Positions 15,001-30,000 of a stretch of 64,000 nt of DNA are shown one piece after another. Numbering within the stretch: position 1 is the stretch's first letter; the number at the start of each line of letters is the position of its first letter. The notes under the pieces were generated by a model. The model was given only the letters and a program-made list of their open reading frames with translations, searched no databases and was not told where the DNA came from. The stretch covers positions 9,424,001 to 9,488,000 of the forward strand of contig OZ024740.1 in assembly GCA_964016885.1 (NCBI GenBank), in the 5' to 3' direction. The DNA comes from Eledone cirrhosa (Eukaryota). The position numbers were made by a program, and so were the translations under genes.

Positions 15001-18000
15001 ATGTTAGTTTCTATTGTTATGTCAGTTTCGATTAGTATATCAGTTTCTATTGGTATGTCAGTTTCAATTGGTATGTCAGTTTCTATTGGTATATCAGTTT
15101 CTATTGGTATGTCAGTTCTATTGGTATGTCAGTTTCAATTGGTATATCAGTTTCGATTCTTATGTCAGTTTCGATTGTTATGTCAGTTTCTTTTGGTATA
15201 TCAGTATCGATTGGTATGTCAGTTTCGATTCGTATGTCAGTTTCGATTGTTATATCAGTTTGTATTGGTATGTCAGTTTCTATTGGTATGTCAGTTACAA
15301 TTGGTATATCAGTTTCGATTGGTATGTCAGTTTCGATTGGTATGTCAGTTTCGATTGGTATATCAGTTTCGATTAGTATGTCAGTTTCTATTGTTATATC
15401 GGTTTCCATTGGTATATCAGTTTCGATTGGTATGTCAGTTTCGATTGGTATATCAGTTTCTATTGGTATGTCAGTTTTGATTGGTATGTCAGTTTCTATT
15501 GGTATATGAGTTTCGATTGGTATATCAGTTTCTATTGGTATATCAGTTTCGATTGGTACGTCAGTTTCGATTGGTATGTCAGTTTCGATTGGTATATCAG
15601 TTTCGATTAATATGTCAGTTTCTATTGTTATATCGGTTTCCATTGGTATATCAGTTTCGATTGGTATGTCAGTTTCTATGGGTATATCAGTTTTGATTGG
15701 TATGTTAGTTTCTATTGGTATGTCAGTTTCGATTTGTATATCAGTTTCTATTGGTATGTCAGTTTCGATTGGTGTGTTCGTCCTCGATTTGTATGTCAGT
15801 TTCTATTGGTATATCAATTTCGATTGGTATGTCAGTTTTAATTTGTATATCAGTTTCTATGGGTATATCAGTTTCGATTGGTATGTTAGTTTCGATTAGT
15901 ATATCAGTTTCTATTGGTATGTCAGTTTCTATTGGTATATCAATTTCGATTTGTATGTCAGTTTCGATTGGTATATCAGTTTCGATTGGTATATCAGTTT
16001 CGATTGGTATGTCAGTTTCAATTGGTATGTCAGTTACAATTGGTATGTCAGTTTCGATTGGTAAGTCAGTTTTATTGGTATGTCAATATTGATTGGTATA
16101 TCAATTTTGGTTGTATGTGAGTTTCGATTGGTATGTCAGTTTCTATTGGTATACCAGTTTCGATTGGATGTCAGTTTGTATTGGTATGTCAGTTTCAATT
16201 GGCATGTCAGTTTCGATTGGTATGTCAGTTTCTATTGGTATATCAGTTTCCATTGGTATATCAGTTTCGATTGGTATGTCAGTTTCTATTGGTATATTAG
16301 TTTCTATCGGTATGTCAGTTTCTAATGGTATGTCAGTTTCTATTGGTATATCAGTTTCGATTGGTATATCAGTTTCGATTGGTATGTCAGTTTCGATTTG
16401 TATGTCAGTTTCTATTGGTATATCAATTTCGATTGGTATGTCAGTTTCTATTGGTATATCAGTTTCGATTAGTATATTAGTTTCTATTGGTATGTCAGTT
16501 TCTATTGTTATATCAATTTCTATTGGTATATCGGTTTCCATTGGTATATCAGTTTCGATTGGTATGTCAGTTTCTATTGGTATATCAGTTTCTATTGGTA
16601 TGTCAGTTTTGATTGGTATGTCAGTTTCTATTGGTATATGTGTTTCGATTGGTATATCAGTTTCTATTGGTATATCAGTTCCGATTGGTATATCAGTTTC
16701 GATTGGTATGTCAGTTTCAATTAGTATATCAGTTTCTATTAGTATGTCAGTTTCTATTGGTATATCAATTTCGATTGGTATATCAGTTTCGATTGGTATG
16801 TCAGTTTCTATTGGTATGTCAATTTCGATTGGTATATCAGTTTCGGTTGTATGTGAGTTTCTATTGGTATGTCAGTTTCTATAGGTATATCAGTTTCTAT
16901 CGGTATGTCTGTTTCGATTTGTATGTCAGTTTCGAGTGTTATGTCAGTTTCTTTTGGTATATCAGTATCGATTGGAATGTCAGTTTCGATTAGTATATCA
17001 ATTTCTATGTGTATGTCTGTTTGTATTAGTATATCAGTTTCGATTATAATATCAGTTTCGATTAGTATGTCAGTTTCGATTGGTATGTCAGTTTCGATTG
17101 GTATATCAGTTTTGATTATTATGTCAGTTCCTATTGGTATATCAGTTTCCATTGGTATATCAGTTTCGATTGGTATGTCAGTTTCGATCAGTATATCAGT
17201 TTCTATTGGCATGTCAGTTTCTATTGGTATGTCAGTTTCGATTGATATATCAGTTTCGATTAGTCTGTCACTTTCTATTGGTATGTCAGTTACGATTAGT
17301 ATATCAGTTTGTACTGGTGTATCAGTTTCGATTGATATGTCAGTTTCTAATGGTATATGAGGTTCGATTGGTATATCAGTTTCGATTGGTATATCAGTTT
17401 CGTTGGTATGTAGGTTTCGATTGGTATGTCAATTTCGATTGGTATGTCAGTTTCTATTGGTATATCAGTTTCGATTGGTATGTTAGATTCGATTAGTATA
17501 TCAGTTTCTATTGTTATGTCAGTTTCTATTGGTATATCAATTTCGATTTGTATGTCAGTTTCGATTGGTATATCAGTTTCGATTAGTATGTCAGTTTCTA
17601 TTGGTATATCGGTTTCCATTGGTATATCAGTTTCGATTGGTATGTCAGTTTCTATTGGTATGTCAGTTTCTATTGGTATATCAGTTTCCATTGGTATATC
17701 AGTTTCGATTGGTATGTCAGTTTCTATTGGTATATCAGTTTCGATTGTTATGTGAGTTTCTATTGGTATGTCAGTTTCGATTGGTATGTCAGTTTCGATT
17801 GGTATGTCAGTTTCTATTGGTATGTCAGTTACGATTAGTATATCAGTTTGTATTGGTGTATCAGTTTCGATTGATATGTCAGTTTCTATTGGTATCTGAG
17901 GTTCGATTGGTATATCAGTTTCGATTGGTATATCAGTTTAGATTCGTATGTAGGTTTCGATTGGTATGTCAGTTTCTATTGGTATGTCAGTTTCGATTAG

Positions 18001-21000
18001 TATATCAGTTTCTATTGGTATGTCTGTTTCAAGTGGTATGTCAGTTTCTATTGGTATATCAGTTTCTATTGGTATGTCAGTTTCTATTGGTATGTCAGTT
18101 TCGATTCGTATGTCAGTTTCGATTGTTATGTCAGTTTCTTTTGGTATATCAGTATCGATTGGTATGTTAGTTTCGATTAGTATATCAATTTCTATGTGTA
18201 TGTCAGTTTGTATTGGTATGTCAGTTTCGATTGGTATATCAGTTTCGACTGGTATGTCAATTTTGATTGGTATGTCAGTTTCAATTGGTATATCGGTTTC
18301 GATTGGTACGTCAGTTTCGATTTGTATTTCAGTTTCGATTGTATATCAGTTTTGAATGGTATGTCAGTTTTTATTGGTATATCAGTTTCGATTGGTATGT
18401 CAGTTTCGATTGGTATGTCAGTTTCGATTGGTATACCAGTTTCGATTAGTATGTCAGTTTCTATTGTTATATCGGTTTCCATTGGTATATCAGTTTCGAT
18501 TGGTATGTTAGTTTCTATTGGTGTGTCAGTTTCGATTGGTATGTTCGTCCTCGATTTGTATGTCAGTTTCTATTGGTATATCAATTTCGATTGGTATGTC
18601 AGTTTCTATTAGTATATCAGTTTCGATTGGTATGTTAGATTCGATTAGTATATCAGTTTCTATTGGTATGTCAGTTTCTATTGGTATATCAATTTCGATT
18701 TGTATGTCAGTTTCGATTGGTATATCAGTTTCGATTAGTATGTCAGTTTCTATTGGTATATCGGTTTCCATTGGTATATCAGTTTCGATTGGTATGTTAG
18801 TTTCTATTGGTATGTCAGTTTCTATTGGTATATCAGTTTCCATTGGTATATCAGTTTCGATTGGTATGTCAGTTTCTATTGGTATATCAGTTTCGATTGG
18901 TATGTGAGTTTCTATTGGTATGTCAGTTTCGATTGGTATGTCAGTTTCGATTGGTATGTCAGTTTCTATTGGTATACCAGTTTCGATTGGTATGTCAGTT
19001 TCGATTGGTATGTCAGTTTCTATTGGTATATCAGTTTCCATTGGTATATCAGTTTCGATTGGTATGTCAGTTTCTATTGGTATATCAGTTTCTATCGGTA
19101 TGTCAGTTTCTATTGGTATATCACTTTCGATTGGTATGTCAGTTTCGATTGGTATGTCAGTTTCTATTGGTATATCAGTTTCCATTGGTATATCAGTTTC
19201 GATTGGTATGTCAGTTTCTATTGGTATATCAGTTTCGATAGGTATGTGAGTTTCTATTGGTATGTCAGTTTTGATTGGTATGTCAGTTTCGATTGGTATG
19301 TCAGTTTCTATTGGTATACCAGTTTCGATTGGTATGTGAGTTTCTATTGGTATGTCAGTTTCAATTGGTATGTCAGTTTCGATTGGTATGTCAGTTTCTA
19401 TTGGTATATCAGTTTCCATTGGTATATCAGTTTCGATTGGTATATCAGTTTCGATTAGTATGTCAGTTCCTATTGGTATATCAGTTTCCATTGGTACATC
19501 AGTTTCGATTGTTATGTCAGATTCTTTTGGTATATCAGTATCGATTGGTATGTCAGTTTCGATTAGTATATCAATTTCTAATTGTATGTCAGTTTCTATT
19601 GGTATATCAGATTCGATTGGTATATCAGTTTCGACTGGTATGTCAATTTTGATTGGTATGTCAGTTTCAATTGGTATATCGGTTTCGATTGTTATGTCAG
19701 TTTCAATTGGTATGTCAGTTTCGATTGTATATCAGTTTCGAATGGTATGTCAGTTTTCATTGGTATATCAGTTTCGATTCGTATGTCAGTTTCGATTGGT
19801 ATGTCAGTTTCGATTGGTATATCAGTTTCGATTAGTATGTCAGTTTCTATTGGTATATCGGTTTCCATTGGTATATCAGTTTGGATTGGTATGTCAGTTT
19901 CTATTGGTATATCAGTTTTGATTGGTATGTTAGTTTCTATTGGTATGTCAGTTTCGATTTGTATATCAGTTCCTATTGGTATGTCAGATTCGATTGGTAT
20001 GTTATTCCTCGATTTGTATGTCAGTTTCTATTGGTATATCAATTTCGATTGGTATGTCAGTTTCTATTGGTATATCAGTTTCGATTAGTATATCAGTTTC
20101 TATTGGTATGTCAGTTTCTATTGGTATATCAGTTTCGATTGGTATATCAGTTTCGATTGGTATATCAATTTCTATTGGTATATCAGTTTCGATTGGTATG
20201 TTAGTTTCTATTGGTATGTCAATTTCGATTGGTATATCAGTTTCGGTTGTATGTGAGTTTCGATTGGTATGTCAGTTTCTATTGGTATATCAGTTTCTAT
20301 CGGTAGGTCTGTTTCTATTGGTATGTCAGTTTCTATTGGTATGTCAGTTTCGAGTGGTATATCAGCTTCGATTTGTATGTCAGTTTCGATTGTTATGTCA
20401 GTTTCTATTGGTATATCAGTTTTGATTGGTATATCAGTTTCGATTGGTATGTCAGTTTCGATTGGTATGTCAGTTTCGATTAGTATATCAGTTTCTATTA
20501 GTATGTCAGTTTCTATTGGTATGTCAGTTTCGATTGTTATGTCAGTTTCTATTGGTATATCAGTTTCGTTTGATATATCAGTTTCGATTAGTATGTCACT
20601 TTCTATCGGTATGTCAGTTACGATTAGTATATCAGTTTGTATTGGTGTATCAGTTTCGATTGGTATGTGAGTTTCTATTGGTATATGACTTTCGATTGGT
20701 ATATCAGTTTCGATTGGTATATCAGTTTCGATTGGTATGTAGGTTTCGATTGGTATGTTAGTTTCTATTGGTATGTCAGTTTCGATTAGTATATCAGTTT
20801 CTATTGGTATGTCAGTTTCAATTGGTATGTCAGTTTCTATTGGTATATCAGTTTCTATTGGTATGTCAGTTTCTATTGGTATGTCAGTTTCAATTGGTAT
20901 ATCAGTTTCGATTCGTATGTCGGTTTCGATTGTTATGTCAGTTTCTTTTGGTATATCAGTATCGATTGGTATGTCAGTTTCGATTCGTATGTCAGTTTCG

Positions 21001-24000
21001 ATTGTTATATCAGTTTGTATTGGTATATCAGTTTCGAATGGTATGTCAGTTTCTATTGGTATATCAGTTTCGATTGGTACGTCAGTTTCGATTGGTATGT
21101 CAGTTTCGATTGGTATATCAGTTTCGATTAGTATGTGAGTTTCTATTGGTATATGACTTTCGATTGGTATATCAGTTTCGATTGGTATATCAGTTTCTAT
21201 TGGTATGTCAGTTTCGATTGGTGTGTTCGTCCTCGATTTGTATGTCAGTTTCTATTGGTATATCAATTTCGATTGGTATGTCAGTTTTAATTTGTATTTC
21301 AGTTTCTGTGGGTATATCAGTTTCGATTGGTATGTTAGTTTCGATTAGTATATCAGTTTCTATTGGTATGTCAGTTTCTATTGGTATATCAATTTCGATT
21401 TGTATGTCAGTTTCGATTGGTATATCAGTTTCGATTGGTATATCAGTTTCGATTGGTATGTCAGTTTCTATTGGTATGTCAGTTACAATTGGTATATCAG
21501 TTTCGATTGGTATGTCAGTTTGTATTGGTATGTCAGTTTCAATTGGCATGTCAGTTTCGATTGGTATGTCAGTTTCTATTGGTATATCAGTTTCCATTGG
21601 TATATCAGTTTCGATTGGTATGTCAGTTTCTATTGGTATATTAGTTTCTATCGGTATGTCAGTTTCTAATGGTATGTCAGTTTCTATTGGTATATCAGTT
21701 TCGATTGGTATATCAGTTTCGATTGGTATGTCAGTTTCGATTTGTATGTCAGTTTCTATTGGTATATCAATTTCGATTGGTATGTCAGTTTCTATTGGTA
21801 TATCAGTTTCGATTAGTATATTAGTTTCTATTGGTATGTCAGTTTCTATTGGTATATCAATTTCTATTGGTATATCGGTTTCCATTGGTATATTAGTTTC
21901 GATTGGTATGTCAGTTTCTATTGGTATATCAGTTTCTATTGTTATGTCAGTTTTGATTGGTATGTCAGTTTCTATTGGTATATGTGTTTCGATTGGTATA
22001 TCAGTTTCTATTGGTATATCAGTTCCGATTGGTATATCAGTTTCGATTGGTATGTCAGTTTCAATTAGTATATCAGTTTCTATTAGTATGTCAGTTTCTA
22101 TTGGTATGTCAATTTCGATTGGTATATCAGTTTCGGTTGTATGTGAGTTTCTATTGGTATGTCAGTTTCTATAGGTATATCAGTTTCTATCGGTATGTCT
22201 GTTTCGATTTGTATGTCAGTTTCGAGTGTTATGTCAGTTTCTTTTGGTATATCAGTATCGATTGGTATGTCAGTTTCGATTAGTATATCAATTTCTATGT
22301 GTATGTCTGTTTGTATTAGTATATCAGTTTCGATTATAATATCAGTTTCGATTAGTATGTCAGTTTCGATTGGTATGTCAGTTTCGATTGGTATATCAGT
22401 TTTGATTATTATGTCAGTTCCTATTGGTATATCAGTTTCCATTGGTATATCAGTTTCGATTGGTATGTCAGTTTCGATCAGTATATCAGTTTCTATTGGC
22501 ATGTCAGTTTCTATTGGTATGTCAGTTTCGATTGATATATCAGTTTCGAATAGTCTGTCACTTTCTATTGGTATATCAGTTTCCATTGGTATATCAGTTT
22601 CGATTGGTATGTCAGTTTCTATTGGTATATCAGTTTCGATTGTTATGTGAGTTTCTATTGGTATGTCAGTTTCGATTGGTATGTCAGTTTCGATTGGTAT
22701 GTCAGTTTCTATTGGTATATCAGTTACGATTAGTATATCAGTTTGTATTGGTGTATCAGTTTCGATTGATATGTCAGTTTCTATTGGTATCTGAGGTTCG
22801 ATTGTTATATCAGTTTCGATTGGTATATCAGTTTAGATTCGTATGTAGGTTTCGATTGCTATGTCAGTTTCTATTGGTATGTCAGTTTCGATTAGTATAT
22901 CAGTTTCTATTGGTATGTCTGTTTCAAGTGGTATGTCAGTTTCTATTGGTATATCAGTTTCTATTGGTATGTCAGTTTCTATTGGTATGTCAGTTTCAAT
23001 TCGTATGTCAGTTTCGATTGTTATGTCAGTTTCTTTTGGTATATCAGTATCGATTGGTATGTTAGTTTCGATTAGTATATCAATTTCTATGTGTATGTCA
23101 GTTTGTATTGGTATGTCAGTTTCGATTGGTATATCAGTTTCGACTGGTATGTCAATTTTGATTGGTATGTCAGTTTCAATTGGTATATCGGTTTCGATTG
23201 GTACGTCAGTTTCAATTTGTATTTCAGTTTCGATTGTATATCACTTTCGAATGGTATGTCAGTTTTTATTGGTATATCAGTTTCGATTGGTATGTCAGTT
23301 TCGATTGGTATACCAGTTTCGATTAGTATGTCAGTTTCTATTGTTATATCGGTTTCCATTGGTATATCAGTTTCGATTGGTATGTTAGTTTCTATTGGTA
23401 TGTCAGTTTCGATTGGTATGTTCGTCCTCGATTTGTATGTCAGTTTCTATTGGTATATCAATTTCGATTGGTATGTCAGTTTCTATTGGTATGTCAGTTT
23501 CTATTGGTATATCAATTTCGATTTGTATGTCAGTTTCGATTGGTATATCAGTTTCGATTAGTATGTCAGTTTCTATTGGTATATCGGTTTCCATTGGTAT
23601 ATCAGTTTCGATTGGTATGTCAGTTTCTATTGGTATGTCAGTTTCTATTGGTATATCAGTTTCCATTGGTATATCAGTTTCGATTGGTATGTCAGTTTCT
23701 ATTGGTATATCAGTTTCGATTGGTATGTGAGTTTCTATTGGTATGTCAGTTTCGATCGGTATGTCAGTTTCGATTGGTATGTCAGTTTCTATGGGTATAC
23801 CAGTTTCGATTGGTATGTGAGTTTCTATTGGTATGTCAGTTTCGATTGGTATGTCAGTTTCGATTGGTATGTCAGTTTCTATTGGTATATCAGTTTCCAT
23901 TGGTATATCAGTTTCGATTGGTATGTCAGTTTCTATTGGTATATCAGTTTCTATCGGTATGTCAGTTTCTATTGGTATATCAGTTTCGATTGTTATGTCA

Positions 24001-27000
24001 GTTTCTAATGGTACATAAGTTTCGAATGGTATGTTAGTTTCTATTGGTACGTCGGTTTCGATTGTATATCAGTTTCTATTGGTATGTCAGTTTCGATTGG
24101 TATGTTAGTCCTCGATTTGTATGTCAGTTTCTATTGGTATATCAGTTTCGATTGGTATATCAGTTTCTATTGGTATATCAGTTTCGATTGGTATATCAGA
24201 TTCTATTGGTATGTCAGTTTCTATTGGTATGCAGGTTTCGATTGGTATGTCAGTTTCTATTGGTATGTTAGTTTCGATTGTTATATCATTTTCGATTGGT
24301 ATGTCAGTTTCGATTAGTATATCAGTTTCGATTAGTATGTAACTTTCTATTGGTATGTCAGTTACGATTAGTATATCAGTTTCGATTGGTATATCAGTTT
24401 CGATTGGTGTGTCAGTTTCGATTGGTATGTCAGTTTCTATTGGTATATGAGTTTCGATTGGTATATCAGTTTCAATTGGTATATCAGTTTCGATTGGTAT
24501 GCAGGTTTCGATTGGTATATCAGTTTCTATCGGTATGTCAGTTTCTATTGGTATATCACTTTCGATTGGTATGTCAGTTTCGATTGGTATGTCAGTTTCT
24601 ATTGGTATATCAGTTTCCATTGGTATATCAGTTTCGATTGGTATGTCAGTTTCTATTGGTATATCAGTTTCGATAGGTATGTGAGTTTCTATTGGTATGT
24701 CAGTTTTGATTGGTATGTCAGTTTCGATTGGTATGTCAGTTTCTATTGGTATACCAGTTTCGATTGGTATGTGAGTTTCTATTGGTATGTCAGTTTCAAT
24801 TGGTATGTCAGTTTCGATTGGTATGTCAGTTTCTATTGGTATATCAGTTTCCATTGGTATATCAGTTTCGATTGGTATATCAGTTTCGATTAGTATGTCA
24901 GTTCCTATTGGTATATCAGTTTCCATTGGTACATCAGTTTCGATTGTTATGTCAGATTCTTTTGGTATATCAGTATCGATTGGTATGTCAGTTTCGATTA
25001 GTATATCAATTTCTAATTGTATGTCAGTTTCTATTGGTATATCAGATTCGATTGGTATATCAGTTTCGACTGGTATGTCAATTTTGATTGGTATGTCAGT
25101 TTCAATTGGTATATCGGTTTCGATTGTTATGTCAGTTTCAATTGGTATGTCAGTTTCGATTGTATATCAGTTTCGAATGGTATGTCAGTTTTCATTGGTA
25201 TATCAGTTTCGATTCGTATGTCAGTTTCGATTGGTATGTCAGTTTCGATTGGTATATCAGTTTCGATTAGTATGTCAGTTTCTATTGGTATATCGGTTTC
25301 CATTGGTATATCAGTTTGGATTGGTATGTCAGTTTCTATTGGTATATCAGTTTTGATTGGTATGTTAGTTTCTATTGGTATGTCAGTTTCGATTTGTATA
25401 TCAGTTCCTATTGGTATGTCAGATTCGATTGGTATGTTATTCCTCGATTTGTATGTCAGTTTCTATTGGTATATCAATTTCGATTGGTATGTCAGTTTCT
25501 ATTGGTATATCAGTTTCGATTAGTATATCAGTTTCTATTGGTATGTCAGTTTCTATTGGTATATCAGTTTCGATTGGTATATCAGTTTCGATTGGTATAT
25601 CAATTTCTATTGGTATATCAGTTTCGATTGGTATGTTAGTTTCTATTGGTATGTCAATTTCGATTGGTATATCAGTTTCGGTTGTATGTGAGTTTCGATT
25701 GGTATGTCAGTTTCTATTGGTATATCAGTTTCTATCGGTAGGTCTGTTTCTATTGGTATGTCAGTTTCTATTGGTATGTCAGTTTCGAGTGGTATATCAG
25801 CTTCGATTTGTATGTCAGTTTCGATTGTTATGTCAGTTTCTATTGGTATATCAGTTTTGATTGGTATATCAGTTTCGATTGGTATGTCAGTTTCGATTGG
25901 TATGTCAGTTTCGATTAGTATATCAGTTTCTATTAGTATGTCAGTTTCTATTGGTATGTCAGTTTCGATTGTTATGTCAGTTTCTATTGGTATATCAGTT
26001 TCGTTTGATATATCAGTTTCGATTAGTATGTCACTTTCTATCGGTATGTCAGTTACGATTAGTATATCAGTTTGTATTGGTGTATCAGTTTCGATTGGTA
26101 TGTGAGTTTCTATTGGTATATGACTTTCGATTGGTATATCAGTTTCGATTGGTATATCAGTTTCGATTGGTATGTAGGTTTCGATTGGTATGTTAGTTTC
26201 TATTGGTATGTCAGTTTCGATTAGTATATCAGTTTCTATTGGTATGTCAGTTTCAATTGGTATGTCAGTTTCTATTGGTATATCAGTTTCTATTGGTATG
26301 TCAGTTTCTATTGGTATGTCAGTTTCAATTGGTATATCAGTTTCGATTCGTATGTCGGTTTCGATTGTTATGTCAGTTTCTTTTGGTATATCAGTATCGA
26401 TTGGTATGTCAGTTTCGATTCGTATGTCAGTTTCGATTGTTATATCAGTTTGTATTGGTATATCAGTTTCGAATGGTATGTCAGTTTCTATTGGTATATC
26501 AGTTTCGATTGGTACGTCAGTTTCGATTGGTATGTCAGTTTCGATTGGTATATCAGTTTCGATTAGTATGTGAGTTTCTATTGGTATATGACTTTCGATT
26601 GGTATATCAGTTTCGATTGGTATATCAGTTTCTATTGGTATGTCAGTTTCGATTGGTGTGTTCGTCCTCGATTTGTATGTCAGTTTCTATTGGTATATCA
26701 ATTTCGATTGGTATGTCAGTTTTAATTTGTATTTCAGTTTCTATGGGTATATCAGTTTCGATTGGTATGTTAGTTTCGATTAGTATATCAGTTTCTATTG
26801 GTATGTCAGTTTCTATTGGTATATCAATTTCGATTTGTATGTCAGTTTCGATTGGTATATCAGTTTCGATTGGTATATCAGTTTCGATTGGTATGTCAGT
26901 TTCTATTGGTATGTCAGTTACAATTGGTATATCAGTTTCGATTGGTATGTCAGTTTGTATTGGTATGTCAGTTTCAATTGGCATGTCAGTTTCGATTGGT

Positions 27001-30000
27001 ATGTCAGTTTCTATTGGTATATCAGTTTCCATTGGTATATCAGTTTCGATTGGTATGTCAGTTTCTATTGGTATATTAGTTTCTATCGGTATGTCAGTTT
27101 CTAATGGTATGTCAGTTTCTATTGGTATATCAGTTTCGATTGGTATATCAGTTTCGATTGGTATGTCAGTTTCGATTTGTATGTCAGTTTCTATTGGTAT
27201 ATCAATTTCGATTGGTATGTCAGTTTCTATTGGTATATCAGTTTCGATTAGTATATTAGTTTCTATTGGTATGTCAGTTTCTATTGGTATATCAATTTCT
27301 ATTGGTATATCGGTTTCCATTGGTATATTAGTTTCGATTGGTATGTCAGTTTCTATTGGTATATCAGTTTCTATTGTTATGTCAGTTTTGATTGGTATGT
27401 CAGTTTCTATTGGTATATGTGTTTCGATTGGTATATCAGTTTCTATTGGTATATCAGTTCCGATTGGTATATCAGTTTCGATTGGTATGTCAGTTTCAAT
27501 TAGTATATCAGTTTCTATTAGTATGTCAGTTTCTATTGGTATGTCAATTTCGATTGGTATATCAGTTTCGGTTGTATGTGAGTTTCTATTGGTATGTCAG
27601 TTTCTATAGGTATATCAGTTTCTATCGGTATGTCTGTTTCGATTTGTATGTCAGTTTCGAGTGTTATGTCAGTTTCTTTTGGTATATCAGTATCGATTGG
27701 TATGTCAGTTTCGATTAGTATATCAATTTCTATGTGTATGTCTGTTTGTATTAGTATATCAGTTTCGATTATAATATCAGTTTCGATTAGTATGTCAGTT
27801 TCGATTGGTATGTCAGTTTCGATTGGTATATCAGTTTTGATTATTATGTCAGTTCCTATTGGTATATCAGTTTCCATTGGTATATCAGTTTCGATTGGTA
27901 TGTCAGTTTCGATCAGTATATCAGTTTCTATTGGCATGTCAGTTTCTATTGGTATGTCAGTTTCGATTGATATATCAGTTTCGAATAGTCTGTCACTTTC
28001 TATTGGTATATCAGTTTCCATTGGTATATCAGTTTCGATTGGTATGTCAGTTTCTATTGGTATATCAGTTTCGATTGTTATGTGAGTTTCTATTGGTATG
28101 TCAGTTTCGATTGGTATGTCAGTTTCGATTGGTATGTCAGTTTCTATTGGTATATCAGTTACGATTAGTATATCAGTTTGTATTGGTTTATCAGTTTCGA
28201 TTGATATGTCAGTTTCTATTGGTATCTGAGGTTCGATTGTTATATCAGTTTCGATTGGTATATCAGTTTAGATTCGTATGTAGGTTTCGATTGCTATGTC
28301 AGTTTCTATTGGTATGTCAGTTTCGATTAGTATATCAGTTTCTATTGGTATGTCTGTTTCAAGTGGTATGTCAGTTTCTATTGGTATATCAGTTTCTATT
28401 GGTATGTCAGTTTCTATTGGTATGTCAGTTTCAATTCGTATGTCAGTTTCGATTGTTATGTCAGTTTCTTTTGGTATATCAGTATCGATTGGTATGTTAG
28501 TTTCGATTAGTATATCAATTTCTATGTGTATGTCAGTTTGTATTGGTATGTCAGTTTCGATTGGTATATCAGTTTCGACTGGTATGTCAATTTTGATTGG
28601 TATGTCAGTTTCAATTGGTATATCGGTTTCGATTGGTACGTCAGTTTCAATTTGTATTTCAGTTTCGATTGTATATCACTTTCGAATGGTATGTCAGTTT
28701 TTATTGGTATATCAGTTTCGATTGGTATGTCAGTTTCGATTGGTATACCAGTTTCGATTAGTATGTCAGTTTCTATTGTTATATCGGTTTCCATTGGTAT
28801 ATCAGTTTCGATTGGTATGTTAGTTTCTATTGGTATGTCAGTTTCGATTGGTATGTTCGTCCTCGATTTGTATGTCAGTTTCTATTGGTATATCAATTTC
28901 GATTGGTATGTCAGTTTCTATTGGTATGTCAGTTTCTATTGGTATATCAATTTCGATTTGTATGTCAGTTTCGATTGGTATATCAGTTTCGATTAGTATG
29001 TCAGTTTCTATTGGTATATCGGTTTCCATTGGTATATCAGTTTCGATTGGTATGTCAGTTTCTATTGGTATGTCAGTTTCTATTGGTATATCAGTTTCCA
29101 TTGGTATATCAGTTTCGATTGGTATGTCAGTTTCTATTGGTATATCAGTTTCGATTGGTATGTGAGTTTCTATTGGTATGTCAGTTTCGATCGGTATGTC
29201 AGTTTCGATTGGTATGTCAGTTTCTATGGGTATACCAGTTTCGATTGGTATGTGAGTTTCTATTGGTATGTCAGTTTCGATTGGTATGTCAGTTTCGATT
29301 GGTATGTCAGTTTCTATTGGTATATCAGTTTCCATTGGTATATCAGTTTCGATTGGTATGTCAGTTTCTATTGGTATATCAGTTTCTATCGGTATGTCAG
29401 TTTCTATTGGTATATCAGTTTCGATTGTTATGTCAGTTTCTAATGGTACATAAGTTTCGAATGGTATGTTAGTTTCTATTGGTACGTCGGTTTCGATTGT
29501 ATATCAGTTTCTATTGGTATGTCAGTTTCGATTGGTATGTTAGTCCTCGATTTGTATGTCAGTTTCTATTGGTATATCAGTTTCGATTGGTATATCAGTT
29601 TCTATTGGTATATCAGTTTCGATTGGTATATCAGATTCTATTGGTATGTCAGTTTCTATTGGTATGCAGGTTTCGATTGGTATGTCAGTTTCTATTGGTA
29701 TGTTAGTTTCGATTGTTATATCATTTTCGATTGGTATGTCAGTTTCGATTAGTATATCAGTTTCGATTAGTATGTAACTTTCTATTGGTATGTCAGTTAC
29801 GATTAGTATATCAGTTTCGATTGGTATATCAGTTTCGATTGGTGTGTCAGTTTCGATTGGTATGTCAGTTTCTATTGGTATATGAGTTTCGATTGGTATA
29901 TCAGTTTCAATTGGTATATCAGTTTCGATTGGTATGCAGGTTTCGATTGGTATGTCAGTTTCTATTGGTATGTTAGTTTCGATTAGTATATCAGTTTCTA

